Assembly: GCA_964417725.1 (NCBI GenBank)
Contig: CAYQIV010000009.1
Location: 33,849-97,848, forward strand
DNA from: an uncultured Chromatiaceae bacterium
GTDB lineage: Bacteria > Pseudomonadota > Gammaproteobacteria > Steroidobacterales > GCA-2729495
Length of the DNA: 64,000 bases
Reading direction: 5' to 3'
In this document: in pieces, positions 8,784 to 17,670 of the stretch
How positions within the stretch are numbered: position 1 is the first letter of the stretch
Layout: every line of letters starts with the position of its first letter
Notes under the pieces: generated by a model
What the model was told of the DNA's origin: nothing
Databases searched by the model: none
Seen by the model: the letters and a program-made list of their open reading frames with translations, nothing else
Position numbers and translations under genes: made by a program

Positions 8784-11162
8784 ATGCTGATCAGAACCCT
8801 GGTGAACTCACCGCCCCTCACCGGGGAACTGGTGATCACCTATGCCAACAACATGGGCTGGGGCGCGATGGGCATCGCCTTCATCGGCGCACTGGCCATG
8901 TTCGGCGCCATCGACCGCGTCCGCGACGAGGGCAACGCGCACCGGCGCCTGACCTGGCTGGCAATCGCCGGCGTGGTCATGGGGCTGTGCCTGTGGGCCG
9001 CCGGCACCTTCGCCTTGCTCGGCACCTCGATCCCGGGAATCCTCGACGTCCGGCACGTGGCAAAATGGTACGCCGGCATCATCGCGATCATCGGTTGTAC
9101 CGTCATGGTGATGGTGGTCGTACGAGGAACACACCGGATTGCCACCGCGCTGTCCGGTGCGCTGCTGCTGAGTTTGACGAAGTTTCTCGCCACGTTGGCA
9201 CACCTGGATGGCTACGTGAGCCACACGGTCCTGCACCTCAGCGCCGAGCAACTCCGCGCCTCGCTGCCACTGGTTTTCGGCTTCACCACCATCGCCCTGC
9301 TCCTCACCGCCTCGGCCATCCGTCCCGGTCGGCACCACGTGGCGCGGCAGGCCCTCGCCGCCGGGGTGATCAGCGTCGCCCTGACGGGTGGTCACTTTGC
9401 GCTGATGGCTGCGTTGCACGTCTACCAGCCCGCCGAAACCCTGACCACGATCCACAGCACGGTTGCCCCGGCCAGCGCACTGACCACCGTCTTCGCCGTC
9501 GTCGGCCTGTCGATCATCGCCACCGGAATCGGCATCATCGTCGACAGCCGGATGGGGGACCTGCACCGCGGCATCCGGGAGAAGGAGCAACGTTATCGGG
9601 CCGTCATCGACACGATGCACGATGCCCTGCTGGTGATCGATGCGCAGGGCATGATCATCGACTGCAACCCCGCCGCCGCGCACATGTTTTCCACGGATCA
9701 TGACACCTGCAGCCGCATGCCCTTCGCTCTGCTCATGGGTGCGCCCGACCAGACCCTGAGCTTCGAGCATGTACTCGACGGCATCGGCGTGCGCACAGAT
9801 CGCGTGCCAGTGCGCGGCATGCTGAAACGCATGGATGGCGAGCCATTCACCGCCGAGGTCACCGTGACCCCGCTCGAGGGCGCGGGCCAACGGTTCTTCA
9901 GCATGCTCATCCGCGACCTCAGCGCGGAAGAAGAAGCCGCGGCCGAACTTCATCGCATGGCCAGCGCCCTGCACCAGCTGGATGAGTCGGTGGAACTGCT
10001 CGATGTCCATGGGCGGCTGCGCTATGTCAATCCCGCCTTTGAGCGCGTGGTCGGCCTGACGGCTCGTGAAGTGCTCGGGCGCAGACCCGAGGAGTTCTCG
10101 ATCCATGAGGCGCTGGGCGGCAAATACGATGAGATGGTCGCCGCCATCGCCGGCGGCATCCAGTGGCGTGGCGAACTGAAGGTCAGCTACGCCCACAAGC
10201 CCATGCGGGTCTTCGACCTGCTCGTGTCGCCGATCCGCGACGCCGACGGGGCCCTTGGCGGCTGGGTCGTGGTACGCCACGACAAGACCGAGCAGCTCGC
10301 CATGGAGCAGCAACTGCGCCAGTCACAGAAAATGGAATCCGTTGGCCAGCTGGCCGCCGGCATCGCGCACGAGATCAACACACCGGTGCAGTTCGTCAGC
10401 GACAACCTGCGCTTTCTGCGGGAGTCGTTCTCCGACCTGATGAAACCGCTCGGCGAGATCCGGCGGATCATCCACGACAGGCCTCCGGGAGATGCCCTCG
10501 AACGCATCGCGGCACATGCCGCCGACGCGGACATCGACTATCTGGAGGGCGAGATCCCGCGGGCGCTGGATCAGTCTCTGGAAGGCATGCAGCGGGTTGC
10601 CGACATCGTGCGGGCAATGAAGGAGTTTTCCCACCCTTCGACGGAAAGGACCCCGGCCGACCTCGCCAAGGCCATCGCCAGCACGGCTACAGTGGCACGC
10701 AACGAATGGAAGTACGTCGCCGATATCGTCACGGACTTCGACACCGATCTGCCGCTGGTGCCCTGCGTCCTCAACGAGTTCAATCAGGTGATCCTCAACA
10801 TGATCGTCAATGCGGCACACGCCATTGCCGATGTCGTCGGCGATGACGATGCACGGCGCGGAACGATCACCATCCAGACCCGGCGCGTTGGCGACATGGC
10901 GGAGATTCGCATCAGCGACACCGGTGCCGGCATGCCCGAAGAAGTGCGCGCCAGGGTCTTTGACCCCTTCTTCACCACCAAGCCGGTCGGCAAGGGCACA
11001 GGCCAGGGCCTGTCGCTGGCCTGGGATGTCATTGTCAAACGCCATGGCGGTACCATCGGCGTGCAGAGCACGCCGGGTCACGGTGCGTGCTTCGTGATCC
11101 GCCTGCCGTTGCGCGAAACCACGAGCGAGGCCACTGCCGGACAGGCGGTGGCCGCCGCATGA
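8784..11162 (+). CDS. sensor histidine kinase (multi-TM MHYT-like N-terminus, two PAS, HisKA, HATPase_c)
   Basis: 792 aa. About seven N-terminal helices, two PAS-like segments (VIDTMHDALLVIDAQGMIIDCNPAAAHMF; LLDVHGRLRYVNPAFERVVG), H-box AAGIAHEINTPVQF, and the ATP lid DTGAGMPEE...GKGTGQGLS. Confidence 0.85.
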   Translation: MLIRTLVNSPPLTGELVITYANNMGWGAMGIAFIGALAMFGAIDRVRDEGNAHRRLTWLAIAGVVMGLCLWAAGTFALLGTSIPGILDVRHVAKWYAGIIAIIGCTVMVMVVVRGTHRIATALSGALLLSLTKFLATLAHLDGYVSHTVLHLSAEQLRASLPLVFGFTTIALLLTASAIRPGRHHVARQALAAGVISVALTGGHFALMAALHVYQPAETLTTIHSTVAPASALTTVFAVVGLSIIATGIGIIVDSRMGDLHRGIREKEQRYRAVIDTMHDALLVIDAQGMIIDCNPAAAHMFSTDHDTCSRMPFALLMGAPDQTLSFEHVLDGIGVRTDRVPVRGMLKRMDGEPFTAEVTVTPLEGAGQRFFSMLIRDLSAEEEAAAELHRMASALHQLDESVELLDVHGRLRYVNPAFERVVGLTAREVLGRRPEEFSIHEALGGKYDEMVAAIAGGIQWRGELKVSYAHKPMRVFDLLVSPIRDADGALGGWVVVRHDKTEQLAMEQQLRQSQKMESVGQLAAGIAHEINTPVQFVSDNLRFLRESFSDLMKPLGEIRRIIHDRPPGDALERIAAHAADADIDYLEGEIPRALDQSLEGMQRVADIVRAMKEFSHPSTERTPADLAKAIASTATVARNEWKYVADIVTDFDTDLPLVPCVLNEFNQVILNMIVNAAHAIADVVGDDDARRGTITIQTRRVGDMAEIRISDTGAGMPEEVRARVFDPFFTTKPVGKGTGQGLSLAWDVIVKRHGGTIGVQSTPGHGACFVIRLPLRETTSEATAGQAVAAA

Positions 11163-11172
11163 GGACCGAACC

Positions 11173-12375
11173 ATGCTGAGGATTCTCTTCGTCGACGACG
11201 AGCCGCGGGTCCTGGACGGCCTGCGCCGCATGCTGCGCAGCATGCGCAACGAGTGGGACATGATCTTCGTGACAGGCCCGCAGGAAGCCATGGCGGCAAT
11301 GGAAGAAAAAGCGGCAGATGTCGTGGTCAGTGACATGAAGATGCCTGGCATGAACGGTGCCGCCCTTCTCACCGAGATCAAGCGACTCTATCCGGCCACC
11401 GTGCGTCTGATTCTCTCGGGGCAGTCGGATACCGCCGTCACCATGCAGGCCATCGGCTGCAGCCACCAGTTCCTCATGAAGCCATCGGACCCGGAAGTCC
11501 TCAAGCAGGCCATCGGCCGCGCGCACGCTTTGGTGGCCGTCTTCGGCGATCCGCGGCTCGCGGAGATCCTCAACGGCATCAACACGCTGCCCAGCCCCCC
11601 GATGCTCTACCAGAAAATCGTCGACTGCCTGAAGCGCCCCGATGCCACGCTGGTCGATGTCGGTGCCATCATTGCCCAGGACCCGGCAATGACCAGCGCC
11701 ATCCTCAAGCTGGTCAACTCGGCCTACTTCGGCCTGCCGAGACCCATCACCTCCGTGGAACGGGCAATCCCGATCATCGGCATGGAACCCCTCATCAGCC
11801 TGGTGCTCGGCCACCAGCTGTTCAGCGCCTATGGTGACCTCAGTGTGCCTGGCTTCAGCCCGGAAACCCTGTGGCGCAACAGCATCCAGACCGCGGGCAT
11901 CGCCCGCAAGCTGGCGCTGTCCCGGACCGACACCAAGCCGCTCGCCGACGACGCCTTCCTCTCCGGCCTGCTCCACGATGTGGGCAAGCTGGTGCTTGCC
12001 TCCTACTATCCCGATCGCTATGCCGAGATCCTCGCCCGGGCGGCGGCGATCGGCGAGCCGGCCGCCGAGCAGGAGTATCTCAAGACCGGCCATGGTGAGA
12101 TCGGTGCCTACCTGATCGGCCTGTGGGGCCTGCCTCACAGCGTCGTCGAAGCGCTGGCTTTCCACGAGTACCCGTCCACAGCGCCGACGCGCGGCTTCTC
12201 GCTGCCGGCAATCGTCCACATCGCGGAACTGATCACCCGCCATCCCAATGCCGTCTCGCCGGCACAGCTGGGTGGCCGTGCCGACACGGCATGCCTGGCC
12301 GAGATCAACGCCGAGGCCCACTGGCCGGAATGGCTCACGGCACAGTGCACCGACATCCCCACGGCAGTCGCATGA
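11173..12375 (+). CDS. response regulator, receiver + HDOD domain
   Basis: 400 aa. REC domain (ILFVDDEP...VVVSDMKMPGMNG...FLMKP) followed by HDOD features (LPSPPMLYQKIV...IIAQDPAMTSAILKLVNSAYFGL...LLHDVGKLVLA). Confidence 0.85.
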   Translation: MLRILFVDDEPRVLDGLRRMLRSMRNEWDMIFVTGPQEAMAAMEEKAADVVVSDMKMPGMNGAALLTEIKRLYPATVRLILSGQSDTAVTMQAIGCSHQFLMKPSDPEVLKQAIGRAHALVAVFGDPRLAEILNGINTLPSPPMLYQKIVDCLKRPDATLVDVGAIIAQDPAMTSAILKLVNSAYFGLPRPITSVERAIPIIGMEPLISLVLGHQLFSAYGDLSVPGFSPETLWRNSIQTAGIARKLALSRTDTKPLADDAFLSGLLHDVGKLVLASYYPDRYAEILARAAAIGEPAAEQEYLKTGHGEIGAYLIGLWGLPHSVVEALAFHEYPSTAPTRGFSLPAIVHIAELITRHPNAVSPAQLGGRADTACLAEINAEAHWPEWLTAQCTDIPTAVA

Positions 12376-13514
12376 ACAGGCGCGTGCTGTTCGTCGATGA
12401 CGAGCCCAATGTGCTCGACGGCATCCGGCGCCACCTGCGCAAGGAAGTCGACCTGCATACAGCGGTGGGCGCTGCGGCCGGCCTCGAGTTGATGCGTGAA
12501 ACCGGCGAGTTCGCCGTGGTCGTCTCCGACATGCGCATGCCCGAAATGAACGGCAGCCAGTTCCTGGCCAGGGTTCGCAGCGACTGGCCCGACAGCGTGC
12601 GCATGATCCTGTCCGGTCAGTCCGACATCGAAAGCACCATCGCCGCAGTCAATGACGGACACATCTTTCGTTTCCTGACCAAGCCCTGCGACGGCGCCAC
12701 ACTGCTGGCCACCATCCAGGCGGGGCTGCGTCAGTACGAACTGATCCATGCCGAGCGACAGCTGCTCGAGCAGACACTCAGTGGCGCGGTAAAGCTCCTG
12801 ACGGAGATCCTCGGCTTGACCCACCCGGCAGCCCATCAGCGCACCACCCGTCTGCGCCGCTATGCCGAGGCCATGGCCGACGCCATCAGCCTGCGCAGTG
12901 ACTGGGAGTTCCGCCTGGCACTCGATCTCTCCCAGCTCGGCTGTATCACGCTGCCCACGGACATCCTGCGCAAGGTACTGACGGGCGAGCCCATGTCGGG
13001 GGATGAGCGACAGATGTACGACGCCCACCCCGAGCTCGCGGCACGACTGCTCGGCAGCATTCCCCGCCTCGAGCACGTCGCGGAGATCATCGGCAAGCAA
13101 CATCACGTGCCGGCATCGCGTGACATCCAGTGGCAGCCCGATGGCCCGGACCGCTCCATGGCCACCCCGCTCCTCCTCTATCTGGCATCGGAGTTCGACC
13201 GCCGCGTGATCCGTGGCATGAAACCCTCCGTTGCGGCCGAGGAACTGGGCACCCTGCTGCCTGGGCTGCCCCCGGCGATCCAGCGGACGCTGGTCGACAC
13301 GCATGCCGGCATGGAGCGCCAGTTGGTGCCCCGGTCGGTGGCCTTGAGTGGCCTCTTGCCGGGGATGCTGCTCGAAGACGATGTCTGCAGCGCCAAGGGG
13401 GCGTGCGTCGTACCCAGTGGGCAGGTGGTCAGTACATCGATGATCGTCCGCCTGCGCAGCGTCGCGGAAGGCATCGGCATCCGTGAACCCATCAAGGTCC
13501 TGAGCCCCGCCTGA
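12372..13514 (+). CDS. response regulator, receiver + degenerate HD-GYP-like domain
   Basis: ATG at 12372 overlaps the upstream stop (ATGA). REC domain (VLFVDDEP...VVVSDMRMPEMNG...FLTKP). The following HD-GYP-like region has DLSQLG in place of HDIGK and QHHVPASRD in place of HHERWDGSGYP. Confidence 0.75.
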   Translation: MNRRVLFVDDEPNVLDGIRRHLRKEVDLHTAVGAAAGLELMRETGEFAVVVSDMRMPEMNGSQFLARVRSDWPDSVRMILSGQSDIESTIAAVNDGHIFRFLTKPCDGATLLATIQAGLRQYELIHAERQLLEQTLSGAVKLLTEILGLTHPAAHQRTTRLRRYAEAMADAISLRSDWEFRLALDLSQLGCITLPTDILRKVLTGEPMSGDERQMYDAHPELAARLLGSIPRLEHVAEIIGKQHHVPASRDIQWQPDGPDRSMATPLLLYLASEFDRRVIRGMKPSVAAEELGTLLPGLPPAIQRTLVDTHAGMERQLVPRSVALSGLLPGMLLEDDVCSAKGACVVPSGQVVSTSMIVRLRSVAEGIGIREPIKVLSPA

Positions 13515-13537
13515 AGACCGCTCATCCAGGTGATCGC

Positions 13538-14119
13538 ATGAAACAAAGCACCGTACTGCTCGTCGACGACGAACCCAACCTGACCGCCGCCATGAAACGC
13601 GCATTGCGCGACCAGCCATGGAAAGTGATCTGCGCCGGTGGCGCCAGCGAGGCGCTGGAGATCCTCGATCGCGAACCCGTCGACGTGGTCGTCTCCGACG
13701 AGCGGATGCCCGGCATTTCGGGCTGCGAACTGCTGGCACGCGTCCGCACGAGGCACCCCGACACCATTCGCATGGTCCTGTCGGGCCAGGCCAGCCTCGA
13801 TTCGGCCATCAAGGCCATCAACGAGGGTGAGGTCTACCGCTACTTCCTCAAGCCCTGCAATCCGGCAGAACTGGCCACGACGATTCGCCAGGCACTGGCC
13901 CACAAGCAGCTGCTGGCATTGAGCAAGCAACTGCTGCGCGACTACCAGCGCAAGAACCGTCTGCTCCAGGAACTCGAGGAGGTCAACCCCGGGCTGACGC
14001 AACTGAACCTGGATGACGACGGCGCGATCCTCGTCGAGGAGGACGATGATGGCGATATCAATGACTTCCTGGCCAGCCTTGAGCGCGAGATCGCTGGCGC
14101 ACGGAGCCCGCGTACCTGA
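13538..14119 (+). CDS. response regulator, receiver domain with coiled-coil/acidic C-terminal tail
   Basis: 193 aa. REC domain (VLLVDDEP...VVVSDERMPGISG...FLKPC), then LLALSKQLLRDYQRKNRLLQELEE and an acidic stretch. Confidence 0.85.
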   Translation: MKQSTVLLVDDEPNLTAAMKRALRDQPWKVICAGGASEALEILDREPVDVVVSDERMPGISGCELLARVRTRHPDTIRMVLSGQASLDSAIKAINEGEVYRYFLKPCNPAELATTIRQALAHKQLLALSKQLLRDYQRKNRLLQELEEVNPGLTQLNLDDDGAILVEEDDDGDINDFLASLEREIAGARSPRT

Positions 14120-14129
14120 GCGTGGCCGG

Positions 14130-14768
14130 TCAGTCGTCAGCCGGGTAGTAGTGATCGAGACAGAATGCGCACAGGGTGTGGCTGGTCTCGACGGGTGACT
14201 TTTCCACCCATTCCGGCACCCAGTCCCAACCACCGGCCTCAACCATATTCTCGACCCGCCGGCAGTGCGCGCACTGGTGGATGATGCCATCGGCATCGGC
14301 GTAGCGCGCCTTGTCCGGCCCACAAACGGGGCGCCCCCGTTCGGTCATCGATTGTTCGGCGACCAGCGAGTTGACCACGAGCAGGCCGACTGCACCCGGC
14401 AGGCGGTAAAGGGTCATCAGGAAACGCCGGTATCGCGCCGGGCTGGAGCATTCGTACTCATGCTGGAGCGGGGTTTTCGGGCCTGCGCCCTCGCCGGCGA
14501 CCGCCCGCTGGTAGAGCCCGGTGTAATAGGCCTTCAGCGCCGCCGGAACGGCATCAAGCACGCAGCGTTCGAGTGGCCACTCACGGAGGATCGCAGGTTG
14601 CCCGCCATTATCGGCGGCAAAATGCAGCCAGGCGGGGTTGACGTAGATGAGGTCAAGATCCGGGTCCAGCCCGTAGACCGAATCGCGATGGGCCTCCATC
14701 GCCGCAAGGTCCCAGCGGGCCAGCACCTCGCGGTAGGCCGGACTGCAACGGTGTTCGAAGCTATCCAT
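14130..14768 (-). CDS. PAS-like sensor protein with C-terminal CxxC...HxxCxxC module
   Basis: 212 aa. PAS-like core (DLIYVNPAWLHFAADNGG...EYECSSPARYRRFLMTLYRL...LLVVNSLV) plus C-terminal IHQCAHCRRV...WDWVPEWV...SHTLCAFCLDHYY. Confidence 0.6.
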   Translation of the reverse strand: MDSFEHRCSPAYREVLARWDLAAMEAHRDSVYGLDPDLDLIYVNPAWLHFAADNGGQPAILREWPLERCVLDAVPAALKAYYTGLYQRAVAGEGAGPKTPLQHEYECSSPARYRRFLMTLYRLPGAVGLLVVNSLVAEQSMTERGRPVCGPDKARYADADGIIHQCAHCRRVENMVEAGGWDWVPEWVEKSPVETSHTLCAFCLDHYYPADD

Positions 14769-14872
14769 TCACCCTCCGGCAGGATGACAGCCGGACACGG
14801 CGCAAGGATGAAGGCCACCACCTGCCGGCGTCTGCGACGGCAGTCACACCGGCGATGCAGCGTGAAGCCAGG

Positions 14873-17668
14873 TCAGCCTGGCGCCCTGGCGGAACCTATC
14901 TTCTCGAAGTTGCAGGTGAAATCGGCAAAGGTCTGGTTGGGTTCGAAGGCCAGCGGCCGGTAGGTGATATGCCCATAGCCGCTGACCAGCGAGGTGCGCT
15001 TGATGAGTGCGGCGCTCGAGATGACGGCACCGAAGTTCTGGCGCCGCGGAAACAGCATCGGGTCCCAGCCGTGATACATGAACAGCGTTCCGGGCGGCAT
15101 CATGCTGCTGACGTGCGCCATGGCATCGAATGCGCCGAGCTTGTTGTAGACCCGCAGCATGTCTCCATCGACCACGCCACGTGCCGCGGCATCGACCGGG
15201 CTGACGTAGACATCCGGTTGCCCGCGACGCAGGCTGAGCAGCAGCGCATCGTCGGTCCACATGTTGTGGATGCCATGACGGACGTGCCCCATGATCATCT
15301 GCAAAGGATAGCCGGGCAGGCGCAACGGTTCACGGTATGCCGGCAGTTGCTCGTCCTCGGACAGGAACCAGGGATGGTCCAGGTAGTACTGCTGGCGCCC
15401 CGTCAGCGTCGGATAGGGCTCGTGCTTTTCGACAGCGCGCAACATGACCGAGCCATACGGCGACCCGGGTCCGTACACGACCCGGTCGGTGTCTTCATTG
15501 CGCATCAGTCCGCGACGGGCCATTTCGGCGAACGGCACCTTTGGCACACCTTCGTCCCTGCCGATCAGGTATTCGATGACATCGACCGTATCGGTGATGC
15601 GGCCATCCATCGTGTACTGGGCGTGGTAACGCGTGAAGTCGCGACTGATCGGCATGCCGTGGAATTCATCGGTGATCGGTGCGACATTGCGCTGCCCGGC
15701 CCGCCGACTGATTGCCGCCGCCAGCCGCTCCAGAACCCGCCAGTCATCGACCGCCTCGCCGAGCGGCGGAACCGCGGCATCGAGCACCTGAACATAGGGT
15801 GTGCGCGCCTCGAGCATGTAGTCCTTGCGCTCGTAATGGTGGGCAACCGGCAACACGTAATCAGAGTACATCGCCGTGACACCCATGTCGGGTGCCAGGG
15901 TGACGATGGTCTCGAGTTGGGCGAGCCACTTCTCGCGCCAACGCCCGCCGGCCGAGCGCCAGGCGGCGGCATTGCTCCCGGCATAGATGGCCATCTTCCA
16001 CGGGGTGGCCGCGTAATCGGGCCAACCACCGGTCTCTGTGGCCTCCCTGAACGCGGCATCGACCTCGTCGGCCAGGGCCTTGCCGTAGACCTGCTCGTTG
16101 AGGTCACGGCCCTCCGCGTGGACGTAATCCCAGCGCGCCGCCGTCGCCACGCGGAAGGTCGGTGGATTGCCATTGAACATGAAGTCGATCTGGCTGTCCG
16201 TGCGCCCCAGGTTCTCGAGCTGCAGCCCACCACCCGCCTTGCCGAGGTTTCCCGTCAGTGAAAGCAGCAGCATGAATGCCCGCTGGACCAGGTCGCCATG
16301 CAGCGACTTGCACATTCGGTAACCCGTGAAGATCATCGCCGGCCTGGCAGCAGCGAACGTCCGCGCCAGCCAGCGGATGTTGTCGGCGTGCACGCCACAG
16401 AGCGTCGCCGCCTTCTCCGGCACGTAGGCCGCGGCCCGTTGGCGCAGCAGGGAGTAGACCGGCATCACCCGGATGACGCCTTCGCGTGTCTCGACGTCGA
16501 AGCGGCCTTCCAGCACCGGCCGGATCGCACCAAGCGCCAGCGATCCCCCGGGAATGACCGGTTCCGGTGAACCGGGCGGCGGCGGCGGATTGCCGGTCGC
16601 CGGCGCCTGCACCAGCTTGTCCGTGACCTCGTCCCAGACGTAGAAGACATTGTCCCTGGCATCGGGCGCTGCGCTGAGGTCCGTTTCGCGCAGGTAGCGG
16701 CCGGTGTCCGCCCGAACCAGAAATGGCAGGTCGGTCTGCTCGCGCACGTAATCGCGGTCGACCAGCCGTTCGCTGAGGATGACCTCGATCATGCTCATGG
16801 CGAGTGCGGCATCCGTGCCAGGCCGGGGATTGATCCAGCGGCTGGCATGCATGGCAGTCGGCGTGAACTCGGGCGAGATCGCGATGACCTCCGTGCCGTT
16901 GTAGCGCGCCTCCCAGAAAAAATGCGCATCGGGGATGCGCGTCACCGCCGGGTTGCAGAACCAGACCAGGCAGCACTTCGACTTGAATACGGCCGCCATG
17001 GTATCGCCGAGCAACGCCTCACCGACGGTCATGTAGACACCGGTCGGCAGGTCACCAACGCCGGCGAAGGCCTCGGGAAGCTCGATGCCCGACAACGCGG
17101 CAAAGCGCCCCAGCGCGGCGAAAGATGCCCGCTTGAGGACCATCTGCGTGCCGAGGTCCATGCTGATCGAACGCGGCCCATGCGCCACCGAGTTATCGAT
17201 GAACCGGTCAGCGATCTCGTCCATCGCCTGTTCCCAGCTGATGCGCTCCCATCTGCCTTCGCCGCGCGCACCGAGGCGTTTCATCGGGTACAGGACCCGC
17301 TGTGCGCCATACATGTACTTGGCATGGCGCAGGCCCTTCTGGCAGCCGCGTGGGCCGTAGTCCGGCGCGTCCTCGGAGCGGCCGTATTCGCCCTGTTGCT
17401 CCTCGCGCCAGACGATGTTGTTCTTCACATAGACGTTGAACGCACAGTTGCCCGTGCAATTGGTCCCGTGGGTGCCGCGCACGACGCGATCCCAGGTCCA
17501 CTTGTGGCGCATCAGGTCTTCCCACCCGCGATACGGCTGCGGCTCGCCGCCATCGATGGCGGCCGCCGACACGTACTTGAGCGACAGGGTTGTCGCGAGT
17601 GCGCCGGACCCCGCGAGAAAGTGTCGCCGGTCGAACCGGGTGGATTCCATCGAGGGATTCGTTGCCAT
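14873..17668 (-). CDS. Tat-exported molybdopterin oxidoreductase, type II DMSO-reductase family catalytic subunit (NarG/EbdA/SerA-like)
   Basis: 931 aa. Twin-arginine leader STRFDRRHFLAGSGALA, FS0 motif HGTNCTGNCAF...GPRGCQKG (H-x3-C-x3-C...C), and WDRVVRGTHG...VYVKNNIVWREEQ resembling the NarG N-terminus. Confidence 0.8.
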   Translation of the reverse strand: MATNPSMESTRFDRRHFLAGSGALATTLSLKYVSAAAIDGGEPQPYRGWEDLMRHKWTWDRVVRGTHGTNCTGNCAFNVYVKNNIVWREEQQGEYGRSEDAPDYGPRGCQKGLRHAKYMYGAQRVLYPMKRLGARGEGRWERISWEQAMDEIADRFIDNSVAHGPRSISMDLGTQMVLKRASFAALGRFAALSGIELPEAFAGVGDLPTGVYMTVGEALLGDTMAAVFKSKCCLVWFCNPAVTRIPDAHFFWEARYNGTEVIAISPEFTPTAMHASRWINPRPGTDAALAMSMIEVILSERLVDRDYVREQTDLPFLVRADTGRYLRETDLSAAPDARDNVFYVWDEVTDKLVQAPATGNPPPPPGSPEPVIPGGSLALGAIRPVLEGRFDVETREGVIRVMPVYSLLRQRAAAYVPEKAATLCGVHADNIRWLARTFAAARPAMIFTGYRMCKSLHGDLVQRAFMLLLSLTGNLGKAGGGLQLENLGRTDSQIDFMFNGNPPTFRVATAARWDYVHAEGRDLNEQVYGKALADEVDAAFREATETGGWPDYAATPWKMAIYAGSNAAAWRSAGGRWREKWLAQLETIVTLAPDMGVTAMYSDYVLPVAHHYERKDYMLEARTPYVQVLDAAVPPLGEAVDDWRVLERLAAAISRRAGQRNVAPITDEFHGMPISRDFTRYHAQYTMDGRITDTVDVIEYLIGRDEGVPKVPFAEMARRGLMRNEDTDRVVYGPGSPYGSVMLRAVEKHEPYPTLTGRQQYYLDHPWFLSEDEQLPAYREPLRLPGYPLQMIMGHVRHGIHNMWTDDALLLSLRRGQPDVYVSPVDAAARGVVDGDMLRVYNKLGAFDAMAHVSSMMPPGTLFMYHGWDPMLFPRRQNFGAVISSAALIKRTSLVSGYGHITYRPLAFEPNQTFADFTCNFEKIGSARAPG

Positions 17669-17670
17669 GT

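Noticed and set aside
8808-10313. 501-aa minus-strand ORF
   Set aside because: It is antisense to the histidine kinase gene, whose PAS and HisKA motifs are unambiguous on the plus strand.
12135-13739. 534-aa minus-strand ORF. The same reasoning applies to 14855..16261 (+), 52021..53901 (+), 30395..31696 (+), 46241..47773 (+), 38170..39666 (+) and similar.
   Set aside because: All are antisense to genes with strong family signatures and have the biased Arg/Gly/Ala/Pro/His composition of out-of-frame high-GC translation.
14873-17668. Selenocysteine (in-frame TGA) recoding in the molybdoenzyme
   Set aside because: The ORF is uninterrupted over 931 codons. The family signature points to an Asp-ligated type II enzyme, not a Sec/Cys-ligated formate-dehydrogenase type.
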